A DNA stretch of 60,990 bases, filler included, from Sandaracinaceae bacterium (GTDB lineage Bacteria > Myxococcota_A > Polyangia > Polyangiales > JADJQN01), in assembly GCA_947483975.1 (NCBI GenBank). It is 6 parts of 6 records of this genome, joined end to end, with 100 filler letters (N's around TTAATTAATTAA, not from the genome) between each part and the next. Parts side by side here need not be neighbours in the genome. Positions count along the whole stretch, not along the records: positions 10,252 to 20,366 come from CANKOL010000181.1; positions 20,467 to 30,571 come from CANKOL010000182.1; 4 more parts are not named here. One strand, given 5' to 3'. A program made the position numbers and the translations under genes. Below, piece after piece: positions 19,776 through 28,687 of this stretch. Below the pieces are notes generated by a model that was not told where the DNA came from, did not search any database, and saw only the letters and a program-made list of their open reading frames with translations. Position 1 is the stretch's first letter. Each line of letters begins with the position of its first letter.

Positions 19776-20366
19776 GTGAGCCACAACCTCGTCGCCCTCC
19801 GTCGCAAGCACGCCGCGCGTGCCGACCTCGCCCCGAGCGCCAGCCCCTCCATCCTCGACGCGCTCCGCGACACGATGGACGCAGCGCGCGTGCTGGAACC
19901 GCGCGCCATCAAGGCGCACGCGCGCGCGCTCGGCGTCCCGGACGCGGTCGCGCACGGCGTCGCGACCTACTACTCGGACCTCTCGACGAAGCCCGCTGGC
20001 GCGCGCCGCGTGCACGTCTGCCTCGGCACCGCGTGCGTCGCGAGCGCGGGGCACTCGCACGTCGAGGCGCTCGAGGAGGCGTGCGGCGTCGCGCTCGGCG
20101 AGACGCGCGCCGACGGGGCGATCTCGCTCGAGCCGACGTACTGCCTCGGCCTCTGCCATGCGGCGCCCGCGGTGCTCGTCGACGAGCACACGAGCGACGG
20201 CGCGCATGTGCGGCGCGCGCTCGGCGACGTGACGGGCGAGCGCGTCGCTCAGGTCGCGCGCGGCGACGCTGCGCTGCTGAGCGAGCAGGAGCCGCGGCCG
20301 ACGATCGCGTCGTTCGTCACGCCGACGGTGGTGCTGCGCAACCTCGTCGACGGCGCCGACGCGACC
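19776..20366 (+). CDS. NuoE-like [2Fe-2S] thioredoxin-fold subunit, probably fused to a NuoF-like domain; truncated
   Basis: ATYY, VCLGTAC...CLGLCHAAP Cys pattern; frame continues past NuoE length into the gap. Confidence 0.75.
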
Positions 20367-20466
20367 NNNNNNNNNNNNNNNNNNNNNNNNNNNNNNNNNN
20401 NNNNNNNNNNTTAATTAATTAANNNNNNNNNNNNNNNNNNNNNNNNNNNNNNNNNNNNNNNNNNNN
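20367..20466. other. Artificial contig linker
   Basis: N44-TTAATTAATTAA-N44. Confidence 0.99.
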
Positions 20467-20468
20467 CG

Positions 20469-21302
20469 CGCGGTCCCGGGGAGCTCGTCTACCTCTTCCG
20501 CCCCGACCCCGCGGTGCCCGGCAGCGACGCGCACCCGTTTCGCGCCGTGCGCTTCGTCAACCGCACCGGGCTCGCGCTCGCGCCCGGTCCCATCTCCATC
20601 GTCGCGCACGGCGCGCCGCTCGGGGACGGGCAGCTGCCGGGGCTCGCGCCCGACGAGCTCGCGACGCTCCCGTACGCGCTCGACGCGAGCACGACGATCG
20701 CCGTCGACGGCACGCGCGTGACCGAGCCTGCGGGCGTGTCCGCGCTCGCGCACGGCAACGTCACGCTCCAGGACCTCGACGTCGTGCGCACGCGCTACGC
20801 GATCGACCCGAGCGTCCGCGCCCCGCAGCGCATCTTCATCCGGCACGCGCGCCTCCTCTCCTACGTCGGGCGCGAGCTGCCGCCGGACACCGAGGAGCGG
20901 ACCGAGGACTATCTGCTCCCCGTGCCGCTCGATCCCGGGCGCGACTCCGTGTTCGTCGTCGAGGAGACGAGGGCCGCGACGCGCACCGTGGCGCTCGACA
21001 TCGACCTCAGCACGGCCCTCGAGCCCTACCTCGAGGCTACCGCGCTGCCCGTCACGGTCCTCCCGGCGCTCCGTGCCGCGCTCGCGCGACGCGCCGCGCT
21101 CGCAGCGCTCGAGCGCGAGATCGAAGCGCTCCGCGCGCGCCTCTCGGACGCCGCCATTCGCAGCGTCGTGCACCCGGAGGACCTGCACGCGCTGTCCGCC
21201 GAGCTTGGGCAAAAGACGGCAGCCGCCGCGGCCGTGCGCTCGGAGCTGAGCGCGCTTCTCGCGCCGCTGACGCTCGACCCTCCGGCTCCCTCGCCGCGTT
21301 GA
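20469..21302 (+). CDS. C-terminal part of DUF4139-like protein with coiled-coil tail
   Basis: HPFRAVRFVNRTGLALAPGPISI..LGDG..LPYALD pattern; frame open from contig start. Confidence 0.55.
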   Translation, partial: RGPGELVYLFRPDPAVPGSDAHPFRAVRFVNRTGLALAPGPISIVAHGAPLGDGQLPGLAPDELATLPYALDASTTIAVDGTRVTEPAGVSALAHGNVTLQDLDVVRTRYAIDPSVRAPQRIFIRHARLLSYVGRELPPDTEERTEDYLLPVPLDPGRDSVFVVEETRAATRTVALDIDLSTALEPYLEATALPVTVLPALRAALARRAALAALEREIEALRARLSDAAIRSVVHPEDLHALSAELGQKTAAAAAVRSELSALLAPLTLDPPAPSPR

Positions 21303-21369
21303 CCGTCTGCGCGACGTCTCGCTGAGCGGGTCGTCGCCGTCCGCCTTCGCGCCCCGTCGGAGGCGCGCC

Positions 21370-21591
21370 CTACGGGAGGATCGAGCGGAGGAAGAACCCC
21401 ACGCCGATCGACACCGCGACGAACAGCCCCGTCGAGATCCCGTACGCCATCCAGAAGCTCGACGGATCGCGCTCGCGCAGGATGGCGTCGCTCCCGACGC
21501 CGCCCGCGCGGATCTTCCCGGTCACGAGCGGATAGCCGATGATCACCGCGGCGAGCGGCAGCCAGACGAGGAACGCGATGAGGCGAGGCAT
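21370..21591 (-). CDS. Small two-TM membrane protein
   Basis: Strong RBS GGAAGGAG; two hydrophobic helices around RERDPSSFW. Confidence 0.7.
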   Translation of the reverse strand: MPRLIAFLVWLPLAAVIIGYPLVTGKIRAGGVGSDAILRERDPSSFWMAYGISTGLFVAVSIGVGFFLRSILP

Positions 21592-21627
21592 CGTCGAACT
21601 CCTTCCGTGTGGTGCGGCTCGCGCCCG

Positions 21628-24600
21628 CTACTCGCTGAACAGGTCGTCGACGTCCTGCTTGGTGAGGCCCTTGAGCGGCGCGCCCTCGGTCGCGAGCACG
21701 TTCTCGACGAGCGCGCGCTTCTTCTCGCTGAGCTTGAGGATCTTCTCCTCGACGGTGCCCCGCGCGATCAAGCGATAGACCGTGACGACCTTGGTCTGAC
21801 CGATGCGGTGCGCGCGGTCGGTCGCCTGATCCTCGACCGCGGGGTTCCACCACGGGTCGAAGTGAATGACGGTGTCGGCGCCGGTCAGGTTGAGCCCCGT
21901 GCCGCCGGCCTTCAGCGAGATCAAGAACGCCTGCACGCTCGGGTCGTTGTTGAAGTGATCGACCTTGCCGAGGCGCTCGTCGCCCGGCGTGCTGCCGTCG
22001 AGGTACTCGTAGACGACGCCGTCCGAGTCGAGCGCCTCCTTGATCAGCTTCAGCATCTCGACGAACTGCGAGAACACGAGCAGGCGATGCCCGCCCGCGA
22101 CGGCCTCGCTGACGATCTCGCGGAGCGCGTTGAGCTTGCCGCTCTCCTCGTTGTCGAAGTCGCCCGGGATCTTGAGGAGCCGCGGATCGCACGCGACCTG
22201 CCGCAGCCGCGTGAGCGCCGCGAGGATCTGGATCTGCGACTTCGCGATGCCCTTCTCCTCGACGGTCGAGAGCAGCGAGTCGCGGATCTGCTTGGTCATC
22301 TGCTTGTAGAGCTTCGACTGCTCCTCGGCGAGCGGGACGATGATCTCCTGCTCGATCTTCGCCGGCAGATCCTTCTCGACCTCGCCCTTGGTGCGGCGCT
22401 TGACGAAGGGGCGCACGGTCGCGCCGAGCTTCTGCGCGGACTCGAGGTCGCCGCGCTCGATCGGGCGGCCGTACTGCTCCTCGAAGGTCTTGAGCGAGCC
22501 GAGCATGTTCGGCGCGACGAAGTCGAAGATCGACCAGAACTCGCTGAGGCGGTTCTCGATCGGCGTGCCGGTCAGCGCGAGGCGGCGGTCGCTCTTGAGG
22601 CGCTTGGCCGCGCGCGCGGTCGCCGAGAGCGGGTTCTTGATGTGCTGCGCCTCGTCGAGGATCGCGTACTTGAGGTCGAGCGTGCCGAGGAATTCCTCGT
22701 CGCGGCGGAGCAGCGCGTAGCTCGTGATCAGCAGGTCGGCTTCGCCTGCGCTCGAGGCGAGCGCGTGCCGGTCGGCGCCTTGCCACACCACGACCGTGAG
22801 GTGCGGCGCGAACTTCTCGATCTCTCGCTGCCAGTTCTGCACGACCGAGGTCGGCGCGACGACGAGCGAGAGGCCCTTCTTGTCCTTCTGCTTCGTCCAA
22901 CACAGCAGCGCGATGGTCTGCAGCGTCTTTCCGAGACCCATGTCGTCGGCGAGGATGCCGCCGGTGTTCATGTTGTGCAGGAACACCAGCCAGGAGAAGC
23001 CCTCCTTCTGATACTCGCGCAGGCTCGCCTTCAGCTGCCGCGGCTTCGGGATCAGCTCGATGTTGCTGACGTCGCCGAACTTGTCGAAGAGCTCCCGCGT
23101 CGGCGTCGCGACGACCGAGTCGCTCATCAGGCGCAGGAGATCCTGCACGCGCCCCGCCTGCGAGAGCGGGACCTTCTTGCGGCTGCCGCTCGAGGCGACG
23201 ATCTCCGCCATGCGCGCGAGGACCTCGCCGACCTGATCGCGCTGCACGGGCGCGTAGGTGCCGTCCGCGAGCTTGACCAGGCGACGCCCCTTCTCGAGGC
23301 ACATACGCAGCTCTTCTTCGTCGACCGCGATGCCCTCGACGTCGAAGCTCATGTCGAGCGAGAGCCAGTCCACGCCGCTCGAGACGCGCATCCGCGGCGA
23401 GACCGCGCCGCTGCGGATGGTCACGTCGACGAGATCGTTGGGGATGAAACGATCCCACTCCTCGGGCAGAGAGCCGACGCCCTCCGTCCAGAAGGCGATC
23501 GCCTTGTCGTGCCGGATGACGAGGTCGCCCGCCTTCGGGTCCACCTCGAAGCCGAGACTCAGCAATTGCTGCACGGCCGCCATCTCACCGCCGACGTCGC
23601 GCCGCACGATGCGCGGTCGCGCCGCGCGGGTGTCGAGCACGAGGCCGTTGCGACCCGCGGGAGGGAGGAACGCGAGCGGCGACGGGAAGCCCGAGGCGGG
23701 CACGTCGAACTCGTTCTCTTGATAGAGGACCTTGAGGCGCGCGCGCGCCTCGATCAGGTCGCCGTCGGCCTTCAGCTGAAAGTGCGGCGGGGCGTCGACG
23801 AGGTCGGCGACCGAGGCGATGTCGGGCAGCTCCGTCGCGAGGGAGTTCGCGACGCGCGGGACGAACTCAGTCAGCAAGCGCGGCAGATCCGCGACCGGAT
23901 GCACGAGCGCGGGCGAGCGATAGAGGCGCTGCAGCCAAGCGGGCGTGATCGCGTCCACGATCGGCCGAGCGACGCCGTCGGTCGTGTCGATGTGCCAGCT
24001 CGGCGTGCCCTCGAACCACGCGCCCGAGGACAGCGGAAACCGCCGCCCGCCCTTGGCGAGCTCGAAGACGACGCGCACGCGCACCGCTGGCCCGCCCTTG
24101 CCGTCGTGGCCTGCGCCGCCCGCGAGATCGAGCTCGAGCTTGGGCCGCAAAGGCTCGTCGGCGAAGCGAAGCTCCATGCTCGCGGGCTCGAGCACGACGC
24201 GCCGACCGCGCAGCAGCGAGAGCACCTCGGCCGCCTCTTCGCCGCGCAATTCCGCGCTCGCGGGAGCGCCGCGCGTGACGTGCCGCGCGAGGGCGCGCAG
24301 CAAATTGCGATCGTGCACGGAGACGGTGTTGAACGCGGCGAGCGCGTCGACGAGCGGGAGCGCCTGGCGCGTGCCGCTGATGACGGGCGTCACCGTGATC
24401 GAGGCTGCGCGAACGACGAGGCGGTACTCGAGGTCGAGGGGCCGCGCGTTCGCGTCTTCTGGGGCGAGCCAGGCGTCGAGGCCGCCGCGGTCTTGCGGGG
24501 CGTGCGGGAGGCGGAGGAGGCCGACCTCGTGCGTCACCGGCGCGTGCGCGTGCGGCCGGGCTTCGAAGACCGGCGCGGGCGTCGGCGCGACGACCTCGCC

Positions 24601-25239
24601 GGCTGCGCCGCGGCGTCGCCTGCGCGAGCGGCGCCGCTTGCTCCCGGCGGAGACGGTCTGCGCGCCTCCTGCTGCGGCCGGCTGCGCGCCCCCCGGGGCT
24701 CCGCTCACGAGGGGACTCTGCCGGTCGTCGTCGTCGTCGTTCGCATCGCGTGGACCATTGCCATTGCCATTGCCATTGCCTTGATCGGACTGCTTCGGTC
24801 GGGCCGGGCGCTCGCGGTCGCGGAGCGCGACGAGGAGCGCCGCGACGTGCTTGCAGTGCCCGGTCGGGCCCTTCCAAGCGGGACAACTGCACTGCGAGTG
24901 CACCTGCGCGTCGCCGGTCAGCGAGGTCTGCACGGTATACGGCTCGTCGGTCCGCCCACGGACTCGGGCGCTCGCGGCGTACCCGTCGGTCGCGAGGTCC
25001 GTCACCGCGTTGCGCCGCGCGTACAGGCGCCCGCGCAAGAACGCATTACCACCGACGAGGCGCTGGATCGCGCGGTCGGAGAGCCTCGCGACATGCACCG
25101 CGATCGGGCTCGTCGAAGCTCCGTGGGCGCGGCCGCGGCCGTGCTCCTCGCCGGAGTCGAACTCGTCTTGGTCATCCTCGAGGTCGTCGAACTCGAGGGG
25201 CGCTTCGATCGGATTATCCGCCATCGGCATATCGGCCAT
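21628..25239 (-). CDS. SWIM zinc finger + SNF2-family (Swi2/Snf2) helicase/ATPase
   Basis: CSC..HCKH SWIM; LREYQKEG, LADDMGLGKT, DEAQ, ALTGTPIEN, SLKAGGTGLNL, QATDRAHRIGQ. Confidence 0.95.
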   Translation of the reverse strand: MADMPMADNPIEAPLEFDDLEDDQDEFDSGEEHGRGRAHGASTSPIAVHVARLSDRAIQRLVGGNAFLRGRLYARRNAVTDLATDGYAASARVRGRTDEPYTVQTSLTGDAQVHSQCSCPAWKGPTGHCKHVAALLVALRDRERPARPKQSDQGNGNGNGNGPRDANDDDDDRQSPLVSGAPGGAQPAAAGGAQTVSAGSKRRRSRRRRRGAAGEVVAPTPAPVFEARPHAHAPVTHEVGLLRLPHAPQDRGGLDAWLAPEDANARPLDLEYRLVVRAASITVTPVISGTRQALPLVDALAAFNTVSVHDRNLLRALARHVTRGAPASAELRGEEAAEVLSLLRGRRVVLEPASMELRFADEPLRPKLELDLAGGAGHDGKGGPAVRVRVVFELAKGGRRFPLSSGAWFEGTPSWHIDTTDGVARPIVDAITPAWLQRLYRSPALVHPVADLPRLLTEFVPRVANSLATELPDIASVADLVDAPPHFQLKADGDLIEARARLKVLYQENEFDVPASGFPSPLAFLPPAGRNGLVLDTRAARPRIVRRDVGGEMAAVQQLLSLGFEVDPKAGDLVIRHDKAIAFWTEGVGSLPEEWDRFIPNDLVDVTIRSGAVSPRMRVSSGVDWLSLDMSFDVEGIAVDEEELRMCLEKGRRLVKLADGTYAPVQRDQVGEVLARMAEIVASSGSRKKVPLSQAGRVQDLLRLMSDSVVATPTRELFDKFGDVSNIELIPKPRQLKASLREYQKEGFSWLVFLHNMNTGGILADDMGLGKTLQTIALLCWTKQKDKKGLSLVVAPTSVVQNWQREIEKFAPHLTVVVWQGADRHALASSAGEADLLITSYALLRRDEEFLGTLDLKYAILDEAQHIKNPLSATARAAKRLKSDRRLALTGTPIENRLSEFWSIFDFVAPNMLGSLKTFEEQYGRPIERGDLESAQKLGATVRPFVKRRTKGEVEKDLPAKIEQEIIVPLAEEQSKLYKQMTKQIRDSLLSTVEEKGIAKSQIQILAALTRLRQVACDPRLLKIPGDFDNEESGKLNALREIVSEAVAGGHRLLVFSQFVEMLKLIKEALDSDGVVYEYLDGSTPGDERLGKVDHFNNDPSVQAFLISLKAGGTGLNLTGADTVIHFDPWWNPAVEDQATDRAHRIGQTKVVTVYRLIARGTVEEKILKLSEKKRALVENVLATEGAPLKGLTKQDVDDLFSE

Positions 25240-25588
25240 TGGTCTCTGTCTCTGCCATCAGCCGGCCTCGGGAGTGGGCGCGGCGATTGGGGGCGGCACT
25301 GGAACGGCATTCCCTTGGGGGCCCGGCACTGTGCTGGGCAGGGCGCTGGAACGCCGAGCGTCAGGGGCGATGTCGGTGGGCTCGAGGCCAGCACAATGCT
25401 GGGCACAGACCCCCACTCGACGTCGGCTCGGCTCCGCTCGGCTGCCGCGCTGAACCTCCGAGGCGCGGCGACTGCGAACGAAGGCCATGCTTGCACGGTC
25501 CGCGGCAGCTTTCAAGCCCGTCTGAAGGGGGTTCTGCGAGACATGGGCGCGTAACCCGGTTACAACCGAGGTCGGAGTTTCCCCCGCC

Positions 25589-27061
25589 ATGCTGCACCGC
25601 CCGCCCATGCCCGCGTCTCTCTGGTTCGCGGCGCTGCTGCTCGCCGCCGCTGCGGGCTGCTCCGCCGGCAACACGCCCTCGTCCGTCTACCGCGACGGCG
25701 GCCCGGGCAGCGATCTCGGCGCGCCACCCGTCAGCGACTGCGAGTCGTTCATGGACTGCGCGCCCGGGCTGGTGTGCCGCCCGGTGGGCGTCGTGCTCCG
25801 CTGCGTCGCGCCAGACCTCGTCGTGCCTCCGACGGAGACGTGCACGAGCTGCGCTGCGCCCGCCGAGTGCCGCCTCGGGGTCTGCATCTCGCCCGACGGC
25901 TCGGGCGGCGTCTGCGAATTCGATACGGAGTGCGCGGCCGGGGAGCTCTGCATCGCCGCGCGCTGCACGCACGATCCGCGCATCCCGCTGATGTGCGTCG
26001 AGGGTGTTTGCCCGGGCACGCTGCGCTGCGTCGCGGGGACTTGCGCGTGCGCGGAGCACGTCGATTGCCCCGTCGGCACGCTCTGCATCGGGGGCGTCTG
26101 CGCGCCGTCGCCCGGCGGCGATGGCTGCGTCGCCGACGACGAGTGCCCGGCGACGGACGTCTGCGAAGCCGGCGCCTGCCGCCCGCGGACGCTCTGCGAC
26201 ATCACGAACCCGGACCTCACCGGGACGTGGTCGCTCGCCTCGACGCTGCGCCTGCGAGAGTCCCTGCCGTCCTGGCTCGACAGCTTCATGGGCGCGGTCT
26301 CCGGCCCCTTCCGCTTCATCGCGGGCGACTCGGCGAGCCTCGGCATCTCGGGGCTGCCGGGCTGGGTCGAGGACCTGATCGCGCCCGCGCTCCGCGACTG
26401 GGCGGACGCCAACCTCGCGCCCTGGGTGCGGGACCTGCTCGGCGGCATCGCGGACCTCAACGACATCCTGTCGACGTGGTCGATCGACGAGCGCATGGAC
26501 CTGCGCCCCGGCATCGCGCGCGACCTCTACCGGGGCACGCACACCTGGCTCAACGTGCGCTTCGACTACCGCGGGACCGAGGTGCGCGGGCGCCCCGAGG
26601 ACATCCTCGACTGGCGCTTCTCGCCGAGCGAGTTCGACGCGGCGGCGACGTGCGGCGTGTTCGTCATCGAGCGGCACGACGTCGACGTCAGCATCGGCGC
26701 GATCATCGCGTGGCTGGTCGACACCGTGACGTACGCCGCGACCGACGGCCGCTACAGCACCTTCCGCGACGCGCTCACCTCGGCGACGAGCGGCTTCTGC
26801 GACGAGGTCGGCCGCATCGCGGGCGACACCGTGCCGTCGTACCCGGGGCTCGCGGGCACCGTGTCGGGCGCGTGCGATGGGGCGGTCGCGTCCCTGATCG
26901 ATCAGCTCGACAGCACGATCCGCGCGGGGCGCCTCGGGCTCGATGTGATGACGCTCAAGGGCTACGCGCCGATCGCCGGCCCGAACTCGCTGCGCCCCGG
27001 CGCTTGGGAGGGGACGCTCGTCGGTCGAGACTTCACGGGGGACTTCGATGCTTTCCGCTGA
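25589..27061 (+). CDS. Cys-rich lipoprotein (CxxDxxCxxGxxC repeats) with uncharacterised C-terminal domain
   Basis: Lipobox AAGC; about five C..D..C..G..C units; C-terminal mixed helical/beta domain; start may be 25607. Confidence 0.75.
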   Translation: MLHRPPMPASLWFAALLLAAAAGCSAGNTPSSVYRDGGPGSDLGAPPVSDCESFMDCAPGLVCRPVGVVLRCVAPDLVVPPTETCTSCAAPAECRLGVCISPDGSGGVCEFDTECAAGELCIAARCTHDPRIPLMCVEGVCPGTLRCVAGTCACAEHVDCPVGTLCIGGVCAPSPGGDGCVADDECPATDVCEAGACRPRTLCDITNPDLTGTWSLASTLRLRESLPSWLDSFMGAVSGPFRFIAGDSASLGISGLPGWVEDLIAPALRDWADANLAPWVRDLLGGIADLNDILSTWSIDERMDLRPGIARDLYRGTHTWLNVRFDYRGTEVRGRPEDILDWRFSPSEFDAAATCGVFVIERHDVDVSIGAIIAWLVDTVTYAATDGRYSTFRDALTSATSGFCDEVGRIAGDTVPSYPGLAGTVSGACDGAVASLIDQLDSTIRAGRLGLDVMTLKGYAPIAGPNSLRPGAWEGTLVGRDFTGDFDAFR

Positions 27062-28493
27062 TCGCCGCCGCGCGCTCGGCCTGGTCGCCGTCGCGCTCAC
27101 GCTCACCGCGTGCAGCACGGACCTGACCGAGCTGATCGTCATCGTCGACACCGACCTCGCCGTGCCCGCGCAGCTCGACGAGATCGTCGTCACCACCCAG
27201 AGCGCGACAGGCGGGGTCAAGACCGCCGCGGCGTCCCTCGCCGACTCGACCGCGTTGCCGATGACCGTCGGGCTGCGTCCCGGCGCCGACACGAGCGCGA
27301 CCGTCATGGTCTACGTGCGCGGGCGCCTCGCTGGCACGGAGCAGGTCGTCGCGCGCGTCAACACGCACTTTCTCCCGGGCGAACGCCGCGTCTTGCGCGT
27401 CGACCTGACCAACGCGTGCATCGGGGTGGTCTGCACGGACAGTCAGACCTGCAGCCGGGGCGCGTGCGTGCCGAGGGCGGTCGATCCCGCGACGCTGCCA
27501 CGCTTCACGGGGACGGCACCCGGACGCCGCGACGACGCGGGCGAGGCCGACGCGGGCGAGGCCGACGCGGGCGACGTCGACGCTGGCCCGGGCGACGCTG
27601 GTCTGAGCGACGCCGGCGCCGAGGACGCGGCGACCGACGCACCGCCGGGCTGCCTGGCCGACTCGGACTGCGCGGACGGCGACGCCTGCAACGGCGTCGA
27701 GCACTGCGACACCGGCGTGTGTCTGCCGGGCACGCCGGTCAGCTGCGACGACGGCATCGGCTGCACGGTCGATCGCTGCACCGCGTCGGCTTGCACGCAC
27801 ACCGCGACTGACGCCGCCTGCACCGTGAGCCCCGGGGGCACCTGCGACGCGATGTTCGGCTGCCAGTACCCGACCTGCACCCCCCTGAACTGCGCGGGCG
27901 ATGGCTGCACGAGCGCGGCCTGCAGCGGCGTCGTCTGCGAGCGCACCTCGCTCTGCACGGGCGGCTCGATGTGCTGCGGCGACGCGTGCGTGGCCGCGGG
28001 CTGCGATGACGGCGACCCGTGCACGGCCGACGCCTGTGGCGCGACCGGCTGCGAGCACACGGTGACGCCGGGCGCCGCCTGCAGCGACCGGAACGCGTGC
28101 ACCGCGGGCGACGCCTGTGACGCGACGGGGGCCTGCGTCGGGCCGTTCACGCTCTTCTGCACGGATCGCAACCCGTGCACGAACGACTCTTGCGTGGCCC
28201 GGAGCGGCTGCCAGTACATCCCTAACAGCGCGCGCTGTGACGATGGCAACGCGTGCACGGCCGCGGATGTGTGCTCGCTCGGCGCGTGCGTCGGCGGCTT
28301 GGGCGTCGCCTGCACGCCGACGATCGTCGAGTGCATGCACTCGATCTGTGATCCGCTCCTCGGGTGCACGACCGAGCCCGACGCGAGCGGCACGGTCTGC
28401 TCGGACCTCGACAACTGCACGAACGGCGACCACTGCGACGCGGTCGGGAACTGCATCCCGGGGCGTTATGTGCCGGGTTGCTCGCCCGCCTGA
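27048..28493 (+). CDS. Cys-rich lipoprotein with DAG linker and CDDGNACT-type repeats
   Basis: Lipobox LTAC; N-terminal beta domain; (DAGEA)n linker; many C(D/S/T)DxxxCTxDxC repeats; overlaps upstream gene by 14 bp. Confidence 0.8.
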   Translation: MLSADRRRALGLVAVALTLTACSTDLTELIVIVDTDLAVPAQLDEIVVTTQSATGGVKTAAASLADSTALPMTVGLRPGADTSATVMVYVRGRLAGTEQVVARVNTHFLPGERRVLRVDLTNACIGVVCTDSQTCSRGACVPRAVDPATLPRFTGTAPGRRDDAGEADAGEADAGDVDAGPGDAGLSDAGAEDAATDAPPGCLADSDCADGDACNGVEHCDTGVCLPGTPVSCDDGIGCTVDRCTASACTHTATDAACTVSPGGTCDAMFGCQYPTCTPLNCAGDGCTSAACSGVVCERTSLCTGGSMCCGDACVAAGCDDGDPCTADACGATGCEHTVTPGAACSDRNACTAGDACDATGACVGPFTLFCTDRNPCTNDSCVARSGCQYIPNSARCDDGNACTAADVCSLGACVGGLGVACTPTIVECMHSICDPLLGCTTEPDASGTVCSDLDNCTNGDHCDAVGNCIPGRYVPGCSPA

Positions 28494-28687
28494 GCCGCTC
28501 CGCGTCGGCGCGCTCCGCGTCGGCGCCGTCGGTGGCCAGGCGGAGGCGACCAGATCTTGGACGCACTGCCAGACGCGCCCGGCGCGCAGCCCGCGCTGCC
28601 TGCGGCGTCGAGGCAGCGCTCAGCCCGCGGGACGGCGCTTCTGCTGTTGCTGCGCGACTGGCCCCTCGCTTGCAGCTGCCATGCGCC

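Noticed and set aside
24724..24780. (GTC)n and (CCATTG)4 microsatellites
   Set aside because: In-frame Asp and Gly-Asn linker in the SNF2 protein; unit lengths of 3 and 6 cannot cause phase variation
25449..25465. Myxococcus-type LexA box upstream of the SNF2 helicase
   Set aside because: Only a GTTCAGC half-site on the minus strand; the other half does not match
21607..25554. 1315-aa plus-strand ORF and the many other long Arg/Ala-rich overlapping ORFs
   Set aside because: Shadow frames of real genes caused by high GC and codon bias; no recognisable motifs
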